DNA of 64,000 nt from Solirubrobacterales bacterium (GCA_038326655.1 JBBQKG010000008.1:23679-87678); one strand, 5' to 3'; positions 52,569 to 62,217 are shown, counted from the first letter of the stretch. Made by a program: numbers and translations. Notes: generated from the sequence alone by a model not told the origin.

Positions 52569-53737
52569 CAGCCGGCGGGTCGGTTGACGCGGCGCACGAG
52601 CGTCCGGAACGCCCGGTCGAGCGCCTCGTCGCGCTTCGTGGCGGGCAGGTCCTTCGCCCGCACGTCGGGGGCAATCCCCTTCCCGTTGATGTTCTCACCG
52701 CGCGGCGTGTAGTAGCTGCCCACGATGAGGTCCAGCGCACCGCCGTTGGAGAGCTCGAACACCTGACCGAAGACGCCCTTGCCAAACGTGCGCTGCCCGA
52801 CGACCGGCGCTCCGATCCGCTCGTGCAGGGCGGCGGTCGTGATCTCCGACGCGCTCGCGGTGCCGCGGTCGACGAGCACCACCACCGGCTTGCGGGTGAT
52901 CGCGTCGCCGGTCGCTTCGAACACGCGCCTGGGACGCGTGCGCCCCTTGGTCGTCACGATCGTCCCGTTGGGGACGAACAGGCTGGAGATCAGGACGGCC
53001 TCGTCGAGCAGCCCGCCTCCGTTCGAGCGAAGATCCAGCACGAACCCGTCAGCGCCGCGCGCAAGCTGCTTGCGCACGGCCGCTGCCAGCTCGGCGTGGG
53101 CGCCCGAGGTGAAGGACGAAAGCCTGACAACGCCAAGCTCGTGGCCGCCGAGCGTGCGAAGGCGCGAGGTCACGACGGGGACCTTGATCCGCTCCCGCCT
53201 CACCCGGAGGTTGCGCGCCTTGCCGTTTCGCTCGATCGTGAGATTCACGTAGGTCCCCGGCTTGCCCTTGATCCGGGCCGTGGACACATCGCTCGATTCG
53301 CCCGCGATCGGGCGGCCGTTGACCTTCGTGATCACGTCGCCGGGACGAATCCCGGTCAGCTTCGCGGGCGAGCCCTTGAAGACGCCAACCACCTCGAGCC
53401 CGTGCTTTCGCTCGACCACCGTCATCCCGACGCCCGAGAACTCCCCGTTCGTGGCCTGCTCGAAAAGCTTGTTCTGCGTGGGCGTGAAGTAGTGCGAAAA
53501 GCGATTGTGGAGCGAGCGCACCATGCCGGCCAAAGAGCTGTTCTCGAGCTGCGGCTGCGGTACCGGCCGGATGAAGTTGTCCTCGATCAGGTTCACGGCC
53601 TCGGAGTTCAGCGAGGCGGTCTCGTCCACGAAAGCGTCCTGCAGGAAGCCGGGCAGGTCGGCTGGATGGCCGCCGAGATACATGCCGAGGCAGAGGGTCG
53701 CGACGATGGCGGCAAGCGCCGCGAGCGCTCGAATCAC
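52568..53737 (-). CDS. S41 family C-terminal processing peptidase
   Basis: 389 aa. N-terminal TM helix, PDZ (GSPAKLTGIRPGDVITKVNG), LDLRSNGGG, catalytic GTASASE and TFGKG. Confidence 0.9.
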   Translation of the reverse strand: MIRALAALAAIVATLCLGMYLGGHPADLPGFLQDAFVDETASLNSEAVNLIEDNFIRPVPQPQLENSSLAGMVRSLHNRFSHYFTPTQNKLFEQATNGEFSGVGMTVVERKHGLEVVGVFKGSPAKLTGIRPGDVITKVNGRPIAGESSDVSTARIKGKPGTYVNLTIERNGKARNLRVRRERIKVPVVTSRLRTLGGHELGVVRLSSFTSGAHAELAAAVRKQLARGADGFVLDLRSNGGGLLDEAVLISSLFVPNGTIVTTKGRTRPRRVFEATGDAITRKPVVVLVDRGTASASEITTAALHERIGAPVVGQRTFGKGVFGQVFELSNGGALDLIVGSYYTPRGENINGKGIAPDVRAKDLPATKRDEALDRAFRTLVRRVNRPAG

Positions 53738-53792
53738 AGACGAGATCGTAGCGGCGCCCGCTTTCCGGGCCGCCGCAGGGCGAGCCGGCCGA

Positions 53793-54698
53793 TCAGACCT
53801 TGAGGAAGCGCCGTAGCGTCAGGCCAGAGCCGAGCGACGAGACCGCCATGCCGGCCGCCAGCAGCACGAGCACCAGCACGGTGAAGCTGATCGTCCGGGG
53901 CGCCGCGATCAGCGCGAACCGGTCCGACCAGGGGTCCACGACGGTCACTTTCGCGACCCAGAGCAGCGCGATCGCGATTGCCGCGCCGAAGAAGCCGACC
54001 ACGAGGCCTTCGATCACGAAGGGCCAGCGGATGAACCAGTTCGTGGCGCCGACGAGCCTCATCACCTCGACCTCGCGGCGGCGGGCGAAGATCGACAGGC
54101 GGATCGTGTTCGCGACGAGCAGGATCGAGGCCAGCACGAGCAGCGCGGCCAGCACCGCCAGCAGCAGCTTGATCGTGCTGGTCGCGGAGAGGATCTTCTT
54201 GGTGTCGTCCTCGCGGTCCTGAACGTCGTTGATCGCCCCGCTGATGTATCGCGGCCGGCCGTCGGTGCCGCGCGGCGCGAGGCTGTTCTTGACGAGGCCG
54301 ACGTTGGACGGATCGTCCAGGTGGATCCGGTACGACGCCGGCAGCGGGTTGCTCTGCAGCAGCCCCTGCGTGATCGGGTCGGACTTCGAGCCGAGCCGGT
54401 GCTTCAGGATCTTGAGCGCCTGGTTCTTGCTGATGTACTGGACACTGTCGACATGGCCGATGTCGCGGATCATGTTGCCGAGCTCGGCGACCTGCGCCTT
54501 GCTCGCCGTGTCCTGGATGTAGACCTCGAGCTCGATCTTGTTGCGGACCTCGTTCGTCTTGGCGGTCGCCGCCCGGACCACGGGGATGAATACGCCCAGC
54601 ACGAGCGTCGTGATCAGCACGGTGGCAAACGCGGCGAGGCTCGGCGCGGCGTTCCGCCTGAGCGCCCGAAGCGCCTCCTTGAGGAAGAAGACCCTCAT
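53793..54698 (-). CDS. ftsX: Cell division ABC transporter permease FtsX
   Basis: Real start is ATG 54698 ([16 protein letters not shown]), sharing 1 nt with the ftsE stop. It corresponds to the last 301 codons of ORF 53793..55331. There are 4 TM helices and the conserved EVEVMRLVGATNWFIRWPF block. Confidence 0.9.
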   Translation of the reverse strand: MRVFFLKEALRALRRNAAPSLAAFATVLITTLVLGVFIPVVRAATAKTNEVRNKIELEVYIQDTASKAQVAELGNMIRDIGHVDSVQYISKNQALKILKHRLGSKSDPITQGLLQSNPLPASYRIHLDDPSNVGLVKNSLAPRGTDGRPRYISGAINDVQDREDDTKKILSATSTIKLLLAVLAALLVLASILLVANTIRLSIFARRREVEVMRLVGATNWFIRWPFVIEGLVVGFFGAAIAIALLWVAKVTVVDPWSDRFALIAAPRTISFTVLVLVLLAAGMAVSSLGSGLTLRRFLKV

Positions 54699-55513
54699 CA
54701 GATTCCGGTCGTGGAAGCGTCCGCGGTGTCGGGGAAGCGGGCCTCGAACTCGGCGGTGCCCGCGTCGGTCCGGTACTGGCCGCCGCGCTGGTCGCGCACG
54801 ATCCGGCCCTTGTCCAGCTCCACCACGCGGCGCCGCATCCGGTCGACCATGTCGCTGTCGTGCGTCGCGACGATCACGGTCGTGCCGGTGCGGTTGATCC
54901 GGTAGAGCAGCTGCATGATGCCGATCGAGGTCTCGGGATCGAGGTTCCCGGTGGGCTCGTCCGCGAGCAGCAGTGGCGGGTGGTTCACGAACGCGCGCGC
55001 CAGCGAGACGCGCTGCTGCTCGCCGCCGGAGAGCTCGTCCGGGTAGTCGTGGAGCTTCGTCGAGAGCCCCACGAGCCGCAGGATCTCCGGAACCTTGGAG
55101 CGGATGCTGGAGCGGGCCTCGCCGATCACCTGAAGGCTGTAGGCGACGTTGTCGTAGACCGTCCGGTTCGGCAGCAGCTTGAAGTCCTGGAAGACGACCC
55201 CGATGTTCCGCCGCAGTTTGGGCACGCGCTTGCGGGGCATCGCGCCGATGTCGGTGCCGGCGACGAGCACCTGCCCCCGCGCGGGATCGACCTCGCGCAT
55301 GAGCAGGCGGATGAAGGTGCTCTTCCCACACCCGGTGGCTCCCACGAGGAAGGCGAACTCGCCGCGGTCCACGGACAGCGAGACCCCGTCCAGGCCGACG
55401 TTGCCGCCGGGATAGACGACCGTCGCGTCGCGCATCTGGACCACCGGGGCGACCCCCCCGCCGGCTCCGCGCCGGGCCTGAGGAGCGTGTGTGCTGTCTT
55501 CGATTAGCGCCAT
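54698..55513 (-). CDS. ftsE: Cell division ATP-binding protein FtsE
   Basis: Walker [10 protein letters not shown], signature LSGGEQQR, Walker B LLLADEPT. About 26 aa of the N-terminus may be extension; the internal alternative start is at MRDATVVY. Confidence 0.95.
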   Translation of the reverse strand: MALIEDSTHAPQARRGAGGGVAPVVQMRDATVVYPGGNVGLDGVSLSVDRGEFAFLVGATGCGKSTFIRLLMREVDPARGQVLVAGTDIGAMPRKRVPKLRRNIGVVFQDFKLLPNRTVYDNVAYSLQVIGEARSSIRSKVPEILRLVGLSTKLHDYPDELSGGEQQRVSLARAFVNHPPLLLADEPTGNLDPETSIGIMQLLYRINRTGTTVIVATHDSDMVDRMRRRVVELDKGRIVRDQRGGQYRTDAGTAEFEARFPDTADASTTGI

Positions 55514-55582
55514 GAGCAGGGCATTTTTACAGGCCGAGGCCGCAAAGTGCCCCTTTGTGACGTTTTTGGGCGGCTGCTGTCC

Positions 55583-56575
55583 CTAATCGTCGGGGTCGAG
55601 CACCGGTGAATGGCGCACGACAGGCTTCAGCACGAGCGCCTGGCGGACCGCGTCGGCGATGCCGGCCGCGGTCAGGCCGAAGCGCTCCATCACGGCCTCG
55701 CCGGTGCCCGACATGCCGAAGGTGTCGTCCACGCCGACGGCCAGGATAGGGATCGGATACTGCTCGGCCGCCACGGTCCGGATCGCATCCGCCAGGCCGC
55801 CGGCCTTGCGATGCTCCTCGGCCGTCACGGCGACGCCCGTGCGCGCGATCGACGCCATCACGCGCTCGGAGTCCAGCGGCTTGATGATCGCGACGTTCAC
55901 GACCTCGGCGTCGACGCCCTCCTCGCGCGCAAGCTCTTCAGCAGCCTCCAGCGCACGCCACACCATGTGGCCGCAGGCGAAGATCGAGATGTCCCCGCCC
56001 TCGCGCAGGACGTCCACCCCGCCCCCCAGCGACTCCGGGACCTCGTCGTATACGAACGGGGTCGCCGGACGGCCGAAACGCATGTAGATGGGGCCTTCGC
56101 GGTCGTAGCTCTCGAGCACCGCGCGGAAGGCCTGGTGGTAGTCGGCGGGCACGATCACCTGCATCTTCGGCATCGCCCGCATGAGCGCGATGTCCTCGAT
56201 CATCTGGTGCGAGGCGCCGTCCTCGCCGAGCGAAAGGCCTCCGTGCGAGGCGCACACCCGCACCTTGAGCTCGTTGTGGGCGATCCCGAGGCGCACCTGG
56301 TCGTACGCGCGGCCGGTCGCGAAGATCGCAAACGTCGACGCGTACGGCACCTTGCCCGTGGCGGCAAGGCCGCAGGCCATCGACATCATGTTGGCCTCGG
56401 CCGCGCCGACGTTGAAGAAGCGCTCGGGAAAGCGCTTCCCGAACTCGATGCTCTGCGTCGAGACGGCCAGGTCCGCGTCGAGCGCGACGACCCCTTCGTG
56501 GCGCTCGCCCAGCTCGACCAGCGCGGCGCCGTAGGCCTTGCGCGTGGGCTGTGGGTCGAGTGCCGCCCGGCTCAC
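55583..56575 (-). CDS. Transketolase, C-terminal (pyrimidine-binding) subunit of a split enzyme
   Basis: GTG 56575 overlaps the N-subunit stop (GTGA). FFNVGAAEANMMSMACGLA, HGGLSLGEDGASHQ and MQVIVPADY. Confidence 0.9.
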   Translation of the reverse strand: MSRAALDPQPTRKAYGAALVELGERHEGVVALDADLAVSTQSIEFGKRFPERFFNVGAAEANMMSMACGLAATGKVPYASTFAIFATGRAYDQVRLGIAHNELKVRVCASHGGLSLGEDGASHQMIEDIALMRAMPKMQVIVPADYHQAFRAVLESYDREGPIYMRFGRPATPFVYDEVPESLGGGVDVLREGGDISIFACGHMVWRALEAAEELAREEGVDAEVVNVAIIKPLDSERVMASIARTGVAVTAEEHRKAGGLADAIRTVAAEQYPIPILAVGVDDTFGMSGTGEAVMERFGLTAAGIADAVRQALVLKPVVRHSPVLDPDD

Positions 56576-57507
56576 CGGGACAGCACCTCGGTCTGGCGCG
56601 CGAGCGTCTCCTCGAGCTCGATCAGCGCCTGGTCGGCCTGCTCGGGCGTGGGCGGCTTGCCGTGGAAGCCGAACGTGTCCTCCATCAGCGACACGCCGCA
56701 GCCCTTCTTGGTCTGGCAGACGATCGCGGCAGGATGCTCCCGCTCGCGGCTCCACTCGAGCGCCTCGACGACGGCGCCCATGTCGTGGCCGTCGATCTCG
56801 ACCGCGTCCCACTCGAAGGCGTCGAACTTCTTCCGGAGGTCCTTGATGTCCATGATCTGCTCGGTGGTGCCGTCGGTCTGGAGGTGGTTGTAGTCGAGCA
56901 CCGCGGTCAGGTTGGAGATCCCGAAATGCGGGGCCGCGGTCGCAGCCTCCCAGGTCTGCCCCTCCTGGCAATCGCCGTCGGACAGGAGCGCGAACACGTG
57001 CGCGTCGTCGATGTGATCAAGCCGCAGTGCGAGCGCGATTCCGATCGACATCGACAGCCCCTGCCCGAGCGAGCCCGTCGAGACCTCGACACCGGGAGTG
57101 CGCGTCATGTCGGGATGGCCCTGAAGGTGCGCGTCGAGCTTGCGCAGGCCCATCAGGTCCTCCATCGGGAAGTAGCCATGCCGGGCCAGCGCGGCGTACT
57201 GGATCGGCGCCGCATGTCCTTTCGAGAGCACGAAACGGTTGCGGCCCGGCCACTGCGGCCGATCGGAGTCGTGCCGCAAGACCCGCCAGTAGAGCGCCGT
57301 GACGATGTCTGCCGCGGACAGGGAGCTGTCGAGGTGGCCCGACTTGGCCACCGCCAGCATCCGGACGCAGTCGATCCGCAGGAGCGTCGCGTAGCGCTCC
57401 AGCTCGGCGATCGAGGGCTTCGCGCGGTCGACGTGCCGCACGTTGCCGGTGCCGCCGCTTCCATCCTCCACCGCGGTCAGGTGCGGTGCCTTCTTGCCCT
57501 TCGACAT
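56572..57507 (-). CDS. Transketolase, N-terminal (TPP-binding) subunit of a split enzyme
   Basis: Start is ATG 57507 (MSKGKKAPHL). SGHLDSSLSAADIV, VLSKGHAAP, GSLGQGLSMSIG and LLSDGDCQEGQTWEA. Confidence 0.9.
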   Translation of the reverse strand: MSKGKKAPHLTAVEDGSGGTGNVRHVDRAKPSIAELERYATLLRIDCVRMLAVAKSGHLDSSLSAADIVTALYWRVLRHDSDRPQWPGRNRFVLSKGHAAPIQYAALARHGYFPMEDLMGLRKLDAHLQGHPDMTRTPGVEVSTGSLGQGLSMSIGIALALRLDHIDDAHVFALLSDGDCQEGQTWEAATAAPHFGISNLTAVLDYNHLQTDGTTEQIMDIKDLRKKFDAFEWDAVEIDGHDMGAVVEALEWSREREHPAAIVCQTKKGCGVSLMEDTFGFHGKPPTPEQADQALIELEETLARQTEVLSR

Positions 57508-57631
57508 CGTGAGCTCGGCCTGCTGGACCGCGAACCAATCGCCGGTTAGCCGCCCAGGTTGACCGACCCGCATGATGCCAGGTTAGGTCGGGCCACGGAC
57601 AGAAGTCATCGCGGGCTTGCAGGCATCCCGC

Positions 57632-57660
57632 TTGACACCGACGCGCAAGACGTCCAAATT
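57632..57660 (+). promoter_or_regulatory. Candidate sigma70-type promoter for the CBS-domain gene
   Basis: TTGACA (57632-57637), 17-nt spacer, CAAATT (57655-57660). It predicts a leader of about 28 nt containing GGGAG before ATG 57695. Confidence 0.35.
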
Positions 57661-57694
57661 GTCGTCTGTGCAGCTTCCGCGGGAGCTCAGCCGC

Positions 57695-58336
57695 ATGACG
57701 GTCGCAACGGCCCTCGGGGGCGGCGGCGTGGTCACGATCACGACCGATCAAACCCTCGAGGAGGCCGCGCGCACTATGCGTGACCGCGGCGTCACCGCGC
57801 TGGCCGTGATCGACGTCGACGCCAGACGCGATCCCGGGATCATCACCGAGGCCGACGTCGGGCGTGCGATGGCTGAAGAAGCCGATCCGCGCAAGCACAC
57901 GGTGCGCGACTACCTGACCCTCGACGTGATCGCGGCGACATCGGACTGGACGCTCGAGCGTGCCTCCCGGACGATGGTCGCCGGCCACTTCCGCCACCTG
58001 ATGGTGGTCGAGCGGCACAAGGTGATCGGCATCCTCTCGATGGCCGACATCGTCGCGGCCTGGGCCCGTGACAGCGACGAGGCGGCCGCGGTTGTCTCGG
58101 AGGACACCGGCGAGCTGCCGCAGCTCGGTCCTGCGCACGACTACCTCTACAACCTCCGGCGCAGCGCGAAGCAGCATCTGGTCGCCGCGAAGTGCCCTTG
58201 CCAGTGGGACTGGCTGCAGGTCCTGCACGGCCAGCTTGAGGACCGCCCCGACCTCGGCCGCGAGACGCTCGAGCATCTCTGGGACCGGCGCGAGCCGTGC
58301 CCGGCGCTCCACGCCGAGGGCGGCGGAGCCGACTAG
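57695..58336 (+). CDS. CBS-pair domain protein with Cys-containing C-terminal region
   Basis: Start is ATG 57695 (MTVATALGGG). Two CBS motifs (GVTALAVID ... GIITEADV; FRHLMVVERHKVIGILSMADIV). The C-terminal ~90 aa contain CPCQWDW and a later Cys. Function unknown. Confidence 0.8.
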   Translation: MTVATALGGGGVVTITTDQTLEEAARTMRDRGVTALAVIDVDARRDPGIITEADVGRAMAEEADPRKHTVRDYLTLDVIAATSDWTLERASRTMVAGHFRHLMVVERHKVIGILSMADIVAAWARDSDEAAAVVSEDTGELPQLGPAHDYLYNLRRSAKQHLVAAKCPCQWDWLQVLHGQLEDRPDLGRETLEHLWDRREPCPALHAEGGGAD

Positions 58337-58380
58337 AACCGCCGTCCAGCGCACCTCATCAAACCCGTCCGGCGGCCGAT

Positions 58381-58403
58381 AAAAGTCGTCGGGCGCGACT
58401 TTT
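58381..58403 (+). terminator. Possible terminator hairpin
   Basis: AAAAGTCG-tcgggcg-CGACTTTT (8-bp stem, 7-nt loop, T-run) lies 45 nt after the CBS gene stop. The stem is A/T-rich, so it is weak. Confidence 0.4.
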
Positions 58404-58430
58404 CTCGCGCCTCTGTTTGAACTGAGCTGC

Positions 58431-59579
58431 GTGGATCCAACGGTCAAAGAGCACGGACGCCGTTTCGACCGAGCGTTTTCGGGCGCCGCGCTCGAACGCG
58501 CGAGCGACGAGCGACTCGTCGCGCTGACGCGTGAAGGGGTCGATCCGGCATTCGAGGTGATCGTGCGCCGGTACAGGCCGGCGCTGGTCCGCTACGGATC
58601 GAGGTTCCTCGACGCCGATCGCGCCGAGGACGTCGTCCAGCAGTCGCTGGTCAAGGCGCTCGCGGCGCTGCGCGAGGACCGCCGGCGCATGCAGCTGAGG
58701 CCGTGGCTCTACCGGATCGTCCACAACGAAGCCCTGAATGCCTCGCGGCGCAAGGAGCTGGCGACCGAGCAGCTCGACGAGAACTTCGACGGCGTCCCGC
58801 AGCCGCCCGACGTCGTAGCCCGGTCCGAGCGCATGCGCGACGTCGTGGCAAAGATCTCCGGGCTTCCGGCACGCCAGCGATCGGCGGTCGTCCTCCGAGA
58901 GCTGGAGGGACGCAGTTACACCGACATCGCGACCAGGCTAGGCGTCACCACTCCGGTGGTCCGCCAGCTGCTCCACCGTGCCCGCACCCGACTGCGCGAC
59001 ACCTGCGGCGCGATCCTGCCGCTGCAGGCGTTCCGTGTCTGGATCGAGGCGCTCACCTCGCCAACCGGCGCGAGTGCCGTCAAGATCGGCACCGCCGCGG
59101 TCGTCACGGGCGTGATCGCGAGTGGGGCAGTGGTGGGCGCGTCGTCGCGGCACGTCGGTAGCCACGATGCACCCGGCGCCGGCGCGTCATCCTCCCCGCC
59201 CGCCCAGGTTGCGGCCCCGCGCAGCACGGGTGCCGTCCCCACGCGGAGGGCGGCGCCGATCCCGGCTCACGCGCCTGCCCGCGCGACCGTCGACAGGGCC
59301 GGCATCGTGCGGAAGCCAGACCTCGCCACGGGACCCGGGCTGTTCTCGGACGGACAGGCCGGAGAGCGCTCCCCAGGCCGGCACGGAGGCAAGTCGGGGC
59401 AGGGAAAGGACGGGCCCTCGCGTGAGACGAATCGACCCAAGGATGCCCAACCCACCTCCGCCGAGCCGGTCGTGGTGAGCGGCGATGAGCACCGTGGGCC
59501 CGGTGGGCCCCAGGGCACCACAGGGCCGGTTGACCCCTCCTCCGATGGCTCCGGCGGCGCCAGCGACGGCACACCGTGA
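58431..59579 (+). CDS. ECF-type sigma-70 factor fused to a transmembrane helix and a long low-complexity C-terminal region
   Basis: 382 aa. Region 2 (AEDVVQQSLVKALAAL ... RPWLYRIVHNEALNASRR), region 4 (LPARQRSAVVLRELEGRSYTDIATRLGVTTPVVRQLLHRARTRLR), then a hydrophobic segment AVKIGTAAVVTGVIASGAVVGA, then about 170 aa rich in P/A/G/S. Confidence 0.8.
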   Translation: MDPTVKEHGRRFDRAFSGAALERASDERLVALTREGVDPAFEVIVRRYRPALVRYGSRFLDADRAEDVVQQSLVKALAALREDRRRMQLRPWLYRIVHNEALNASRRKELATEQLDENFDGVPQPPDVVARSERMRDVVAKISGLPARQRSAVVLRELEGRSYTDIATRLGVTTPVVRQLLHRARTRLRDTCGAILPLQAFRVWIEALTSPTGASAVKIGTAAVVTGVIASGAVVGASSRHVGSHDAPGAGASSSPPAQVAAPRSTGAVPTRRAAPIPAHAPARATVDRAGIVRKPDLATGPGLFSDGQAGERSPGRHGGKSGQGKDGPSRETNRPKDAQPTSAEPVVVSGDEHRGPGGPQGTTGPVDPSSDGSGGASDGTP

Positions 59580-59631
59580 TTGTTGGCGTCCCCGGCTGTT
59601 CCAAGGTCTGAACCAACTCGAGGAGGAGCTC

Positions 59632-60267
59632 ATGCGTCATTTGAAGGTAATCGCCTTCGGAGTGCTGGCAGTGCTGGTACTCGCCGCCCCCGCGTCCGCG
59701 TCGGCGCGGCACAGGGACCGCAACCACGACCGGATCTCCGATCGCTGGGAGAAGTCTCACAAGCTCTCGCTCAGGGTCAACCAGGCGAGGCGTGACCAGG
59801 ACCACGACGGCCTCAGGAACAGGGCAGAGTTTCGGGCCCACACGGACCCGCGCGACGCCGATTCCGACAACGACGGCACCGAAGACGGCCAGGAGCACTC
59901 AGGCAGTGTGGTCTCCTTCGACCGCACCACGCTGGTCGTGAACGTCTTCGGCTCGAGCCCGCTGACCGGCAAGGTCACGAGCGACACCGAGATCGAGTGC
60001 GACCCGGGCGACGACAACGGCGAGGGCGCGGTCGAGACCCACGCCTGGCGCGACGAGGGCGGCGACCAGGGTGACGACCAGTCCGGCGACGGCGAGCAGG
60101 GCGGCGGCGACGGGACCGACCAGGGCGACGACCAGGGCGACGACCACGAGTCCGACGACCAGTCCTGCCCCGACGGCGCACTCGCACCCGGCGCGATCGT
60201 CCAGGAGGCCGAGCTGAAGCTCACGTCAGCTGGCCTCGTGTTCGAGAAAATTGAGCTCGTCAGCTAG
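59632..60267 (+). CDS. Secreted acidic protein with thrombospondin type-3-like Ca-binding repeat and D/G/Q-rich region
   Basis: ATG 59632 is preceded by AGGAGGAG. Signal MRHLKVIAFGVLAVLVLAAPASASA. DQDHDGLRNRAEFRAHTDPRDADSDNDGTEDGQE matches the bacterial TSP3 pattern. Later comes GDQGDDQSGDGEQGGGDGTDQGDDQGDDHESDDQ. Confidence 0.75.
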   Translation: MRHLKVIAFGVLAVLVLAAPASASARHRDRNHDRISDRWEKSHKLSLRVNQARRDQDHDGLRNRAEFRAHTDPRDADSDNDGTEDGQEHSGSVVSFDRTTLVVNVFGSSPLTGKVTSDTEIECDPGDDNGEGAVETHAWRDEGGDQGDDQSGDGEQGGGDGTDQGDDQGDDHESDDQSCPDGALAPGAIVQEAELKLTSAGLVFEKIELVS

Positions 60268-60292
60268 GCGGAGTCAGCTGACGGATAACTGG

Positions 60293-60320
60293 CCGGCGGG
60301 GCTGCAAGCAGCCCCGCCGG
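60293..60320. terminator. Bidirectional terminator hairpin between convergent genes
   Basis: CCGGCGGGGCTGC-aa-GCAGCCCCGCCGG has perfect 13-nt arms. It lies between the stops at 60267 (+) and 60352 (-). Confidence 0.6.
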
Positions 60321-60351
60321 GTTAGGTCAAGGACGAACTCGGAAGGGACGA

Positions 60352-61365
60352 CTAGCCGATCCCTACCATCCGCTCGATCGGCACCCGCGCACGCCGCGCC
60401 AGCTCCGGGTCCACGCGCACCTCGGGCTTCAGCTCTCGCAGGGCGTCACGAAGCTTCGGCAGCGTGATCATCTTCATGAACCTGCAGACCGCGGCGGAGT
60501 TGGCCGGGATGAAGCGCTTGTCGGGGCTCTCCAGCTCCATCCGGTGAAGGATGCCGGTCTCGGTCGCGACGATCATGGTGTCCTTGTCGGAGCCGCGCGC
60601 GTGGCGCATCATGCCCTCGGTCGAGAGGAAGAAGGTCTCGTCTGCCGCGACGTCGCCCGCCGCGACGTACTCCATCACCTGGGTCGTGCATCCGCATTCC
60701 GGATGCACCAGGAAGTCGGCCTCGGGCTCACTCAGGCGGAGCGCGTTGATGTCGGCCGGCCGGATACCCGCGTGGACGTGGCACTCGCCGTCCCAGACCT
60801 GCAGGTCGCGGCCGGTCTCGCGCGCGACGTAAGCGCCGAGCCACATGTCGGGGCCGAACAGGATCTCGGTCTCGTCGCCGTGCTCGCGGAAGATGTGCTC
60901 CACGACCATCACCGCGTTCGAGGACGTGCAACAGTAGTCGGTCTCGGCCTTGACCTCGGCCGAGGTGTTCACGTACATCACGACGACTGCGCCCGGATGG
61001 CGGCCCTTCCATTCCCGAAGCTGATCGGCCGTGATCGAGTCGGCCAGCGAGCATCCGGCATCGAGGTCCGGCAGCAGCACCTTCTTGTCGGGCGAGAGGA
61101 TGCAGGCGGTCTCGGCCATGAAGTGCACGCCGCAAAAGGCGATCACCTCCGCTTCGGTCTCGGCCGCCTGACGCGAAAGACCGAGTGAGTCGCCAACGAA
61201 ATGGGCTACGTCCTGGACCTCCGGCCGCTGGTAGTTGTGGGCGATGATCACCGCATTGCGCTCGGCGGCCAGCGCCCTCACCTCTTCCTGCATCGCGCCG
61301 ATGTCGTCGATCGCGAGCGGAGCCACCGGCGGCGACTGCGGCTGAATGGTCGGGAGTAGCTCCAC
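60352..61365 (-). CDS. nadA: Quinolinate synthase
   Basis: 337 aa. IIAHNYQRPEVQDVAHFVGDSLGLS, FCGVHFMAETA, VMYVNTSAEVKA, CCTSSNA, HPECGC and MITLPKL. Confidence 0.95.
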   Translation of the reverse strand: MELLPTIQPQSPPVAPLAIDDIGAMQEEVRALAAERNAVIIAHNYQRPEVQDVAHFVGDSLGLSRQAAETEAEVIAFCGVHFMAETACILSPDKKVLLPDLDAGCSLADSITADQLREWKGRHPGAVVVMYVNTSAEVKAETDYCCTSSNAVMVVEHIFREHGDETEILFGPDMWLGAYVARETGRDLQVWDGECHVHAGIRPADINALRLSEPEADFLVHPECGCTTQVMEYVAAGDVAADETFFLSTEGMMRHARGSDKDTMIVATETGILHRMELESPDKRFIPANSAAVCRFMKMITLPKLRDALRELKPEVRVDPELARRARVPIERMVGIG

Positions 61366-61374
61366 TTTGCCTCC

Positions 61375-62217
61375 TTAAGGGAGAGGCTCGACGCTCATCG
61401 AGAGGTCCAGGGCCGGCGCTGAATGGGTCAGGTAGCCCAATGACACGAATTGTAGCCCCGCCTCTCCGAGCCCCCGGAGCGAAGCCGGCGTGATGCCGCC
61501 CGAAGCCTCCAGGGTGACCCCATCCCCCGCAAGCGCCCGTGCCTCGCGCATCTGGCCGAGCGTCATGTTGTCGAGCAACAGATGCGTTGCGCCCGCCGCG
61601 ATCGCGGTGCGCACGTCCTCGAGCGTCGCGCACTCGACCTCGACGGGCATCCCGGCCGGCGCGCGCTCGACTGCCCGCCGCACGGCCTCCCCGATGCCTC
61701 CGGCGAGCGCGATGTGGTTGTCCTTCACCAACACCGCGTCGTAGAGGCCCATCCTGTGGTTTCGCCCCCCGCCCGCGGCGACCGCCTGCTTCTCGAGCTC
61801 GCGCAGGCCAGGCGTGGTCTTGCGCGTGTCGAGCACCTTCACGCCGGTCCCCTGGAGGAGGTGGACGCTCGACGCGGCCGCGGTCGCGATGCCAGACAGC
61901 CGCTGCAGGAAGTTGAGCGCCACGCGCTCCCCGGTCAGGAGCGCCCGTCCATCACCCTCCAGTTCGGCGACGGTCGCCGGCGGCTCCTCCAGCCATTCCC
62001 CCTCTCCCCGGACCGCGCGCCACTCGACGAGCGGATCGAGCCGGCGGAACACCGCCTCGGCGATCTCGAGCCCGAACACCACCCCCGGCGCCTTCTGCTC
62101 GATCCGCCCGCGCGCCCGTCTTCCGGTCTCCACCACCGCCTCGGTGGTCACATCCCGCAGCCCGATGTCCTCCGCGAGCGCGCGGTCGATCAGGTCCTGC
62201 GTGGCCTCGGAAAGCAC
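61375..62217 (-). CDS. nadC: Nicotinate-nucleotide pyrophosphorylase (carboxylating)
   Basis: 280 aa. ERVALNFLQRLSGIAT, LDTRKTTPGLR, GGGRNHRMGLYD, LVKDNH and LLDNM. Confidence 0.95.
   Translation of the reverse strand: MLSEATQDLIDRALAEDIGLRDVTTEAVVETGRRARGRIEQKAPGVVFGLEIAEAVFRRLDPLVEWRAVRGEGEWLEEPPATVAELEGDGRALLTGERVALNFLQRLSGIATAAASSVHLLQGTGVKVLDTRKTTPGLRELEKQAVAAGGGRNHRMGLYDAVLVKDNHIALAGGIGEAVRRAVERAPAGMPVEVECATLEDVRTAIAAGATHLLLDNMTLGQMREARALAGDGVTLEASGGITPASLRGLGEAGLQFVSLGYLTHSAPALDLSMSVEPLP

Noticed and set aside
54699-55331. N-terminal extension of the ftsX ORF. The same issue affects the transketolase C-subunit ORF (56576-56971).
   Set aside because: Both are off-frame overlaps of the upstream ftsE and transketolase N-subunit genes. 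The real starts are at the stop-start junctions 54698 and 56575.
59975-60224. Antisense ORFs (59757..60224, 59899..60147, 59975..60187) and apparent tandem repeats in the D/G/Q-rich region.
   Set aside because: The repeats (GACCAGGGCGACGAC-like) are the coding low-complexity acidic stretch of the secreted TSP3-like protein. The antisense ORFs are their mirror images (S/P/W- or R-rich). This is not CRISPR-like; there are no unique spacers.
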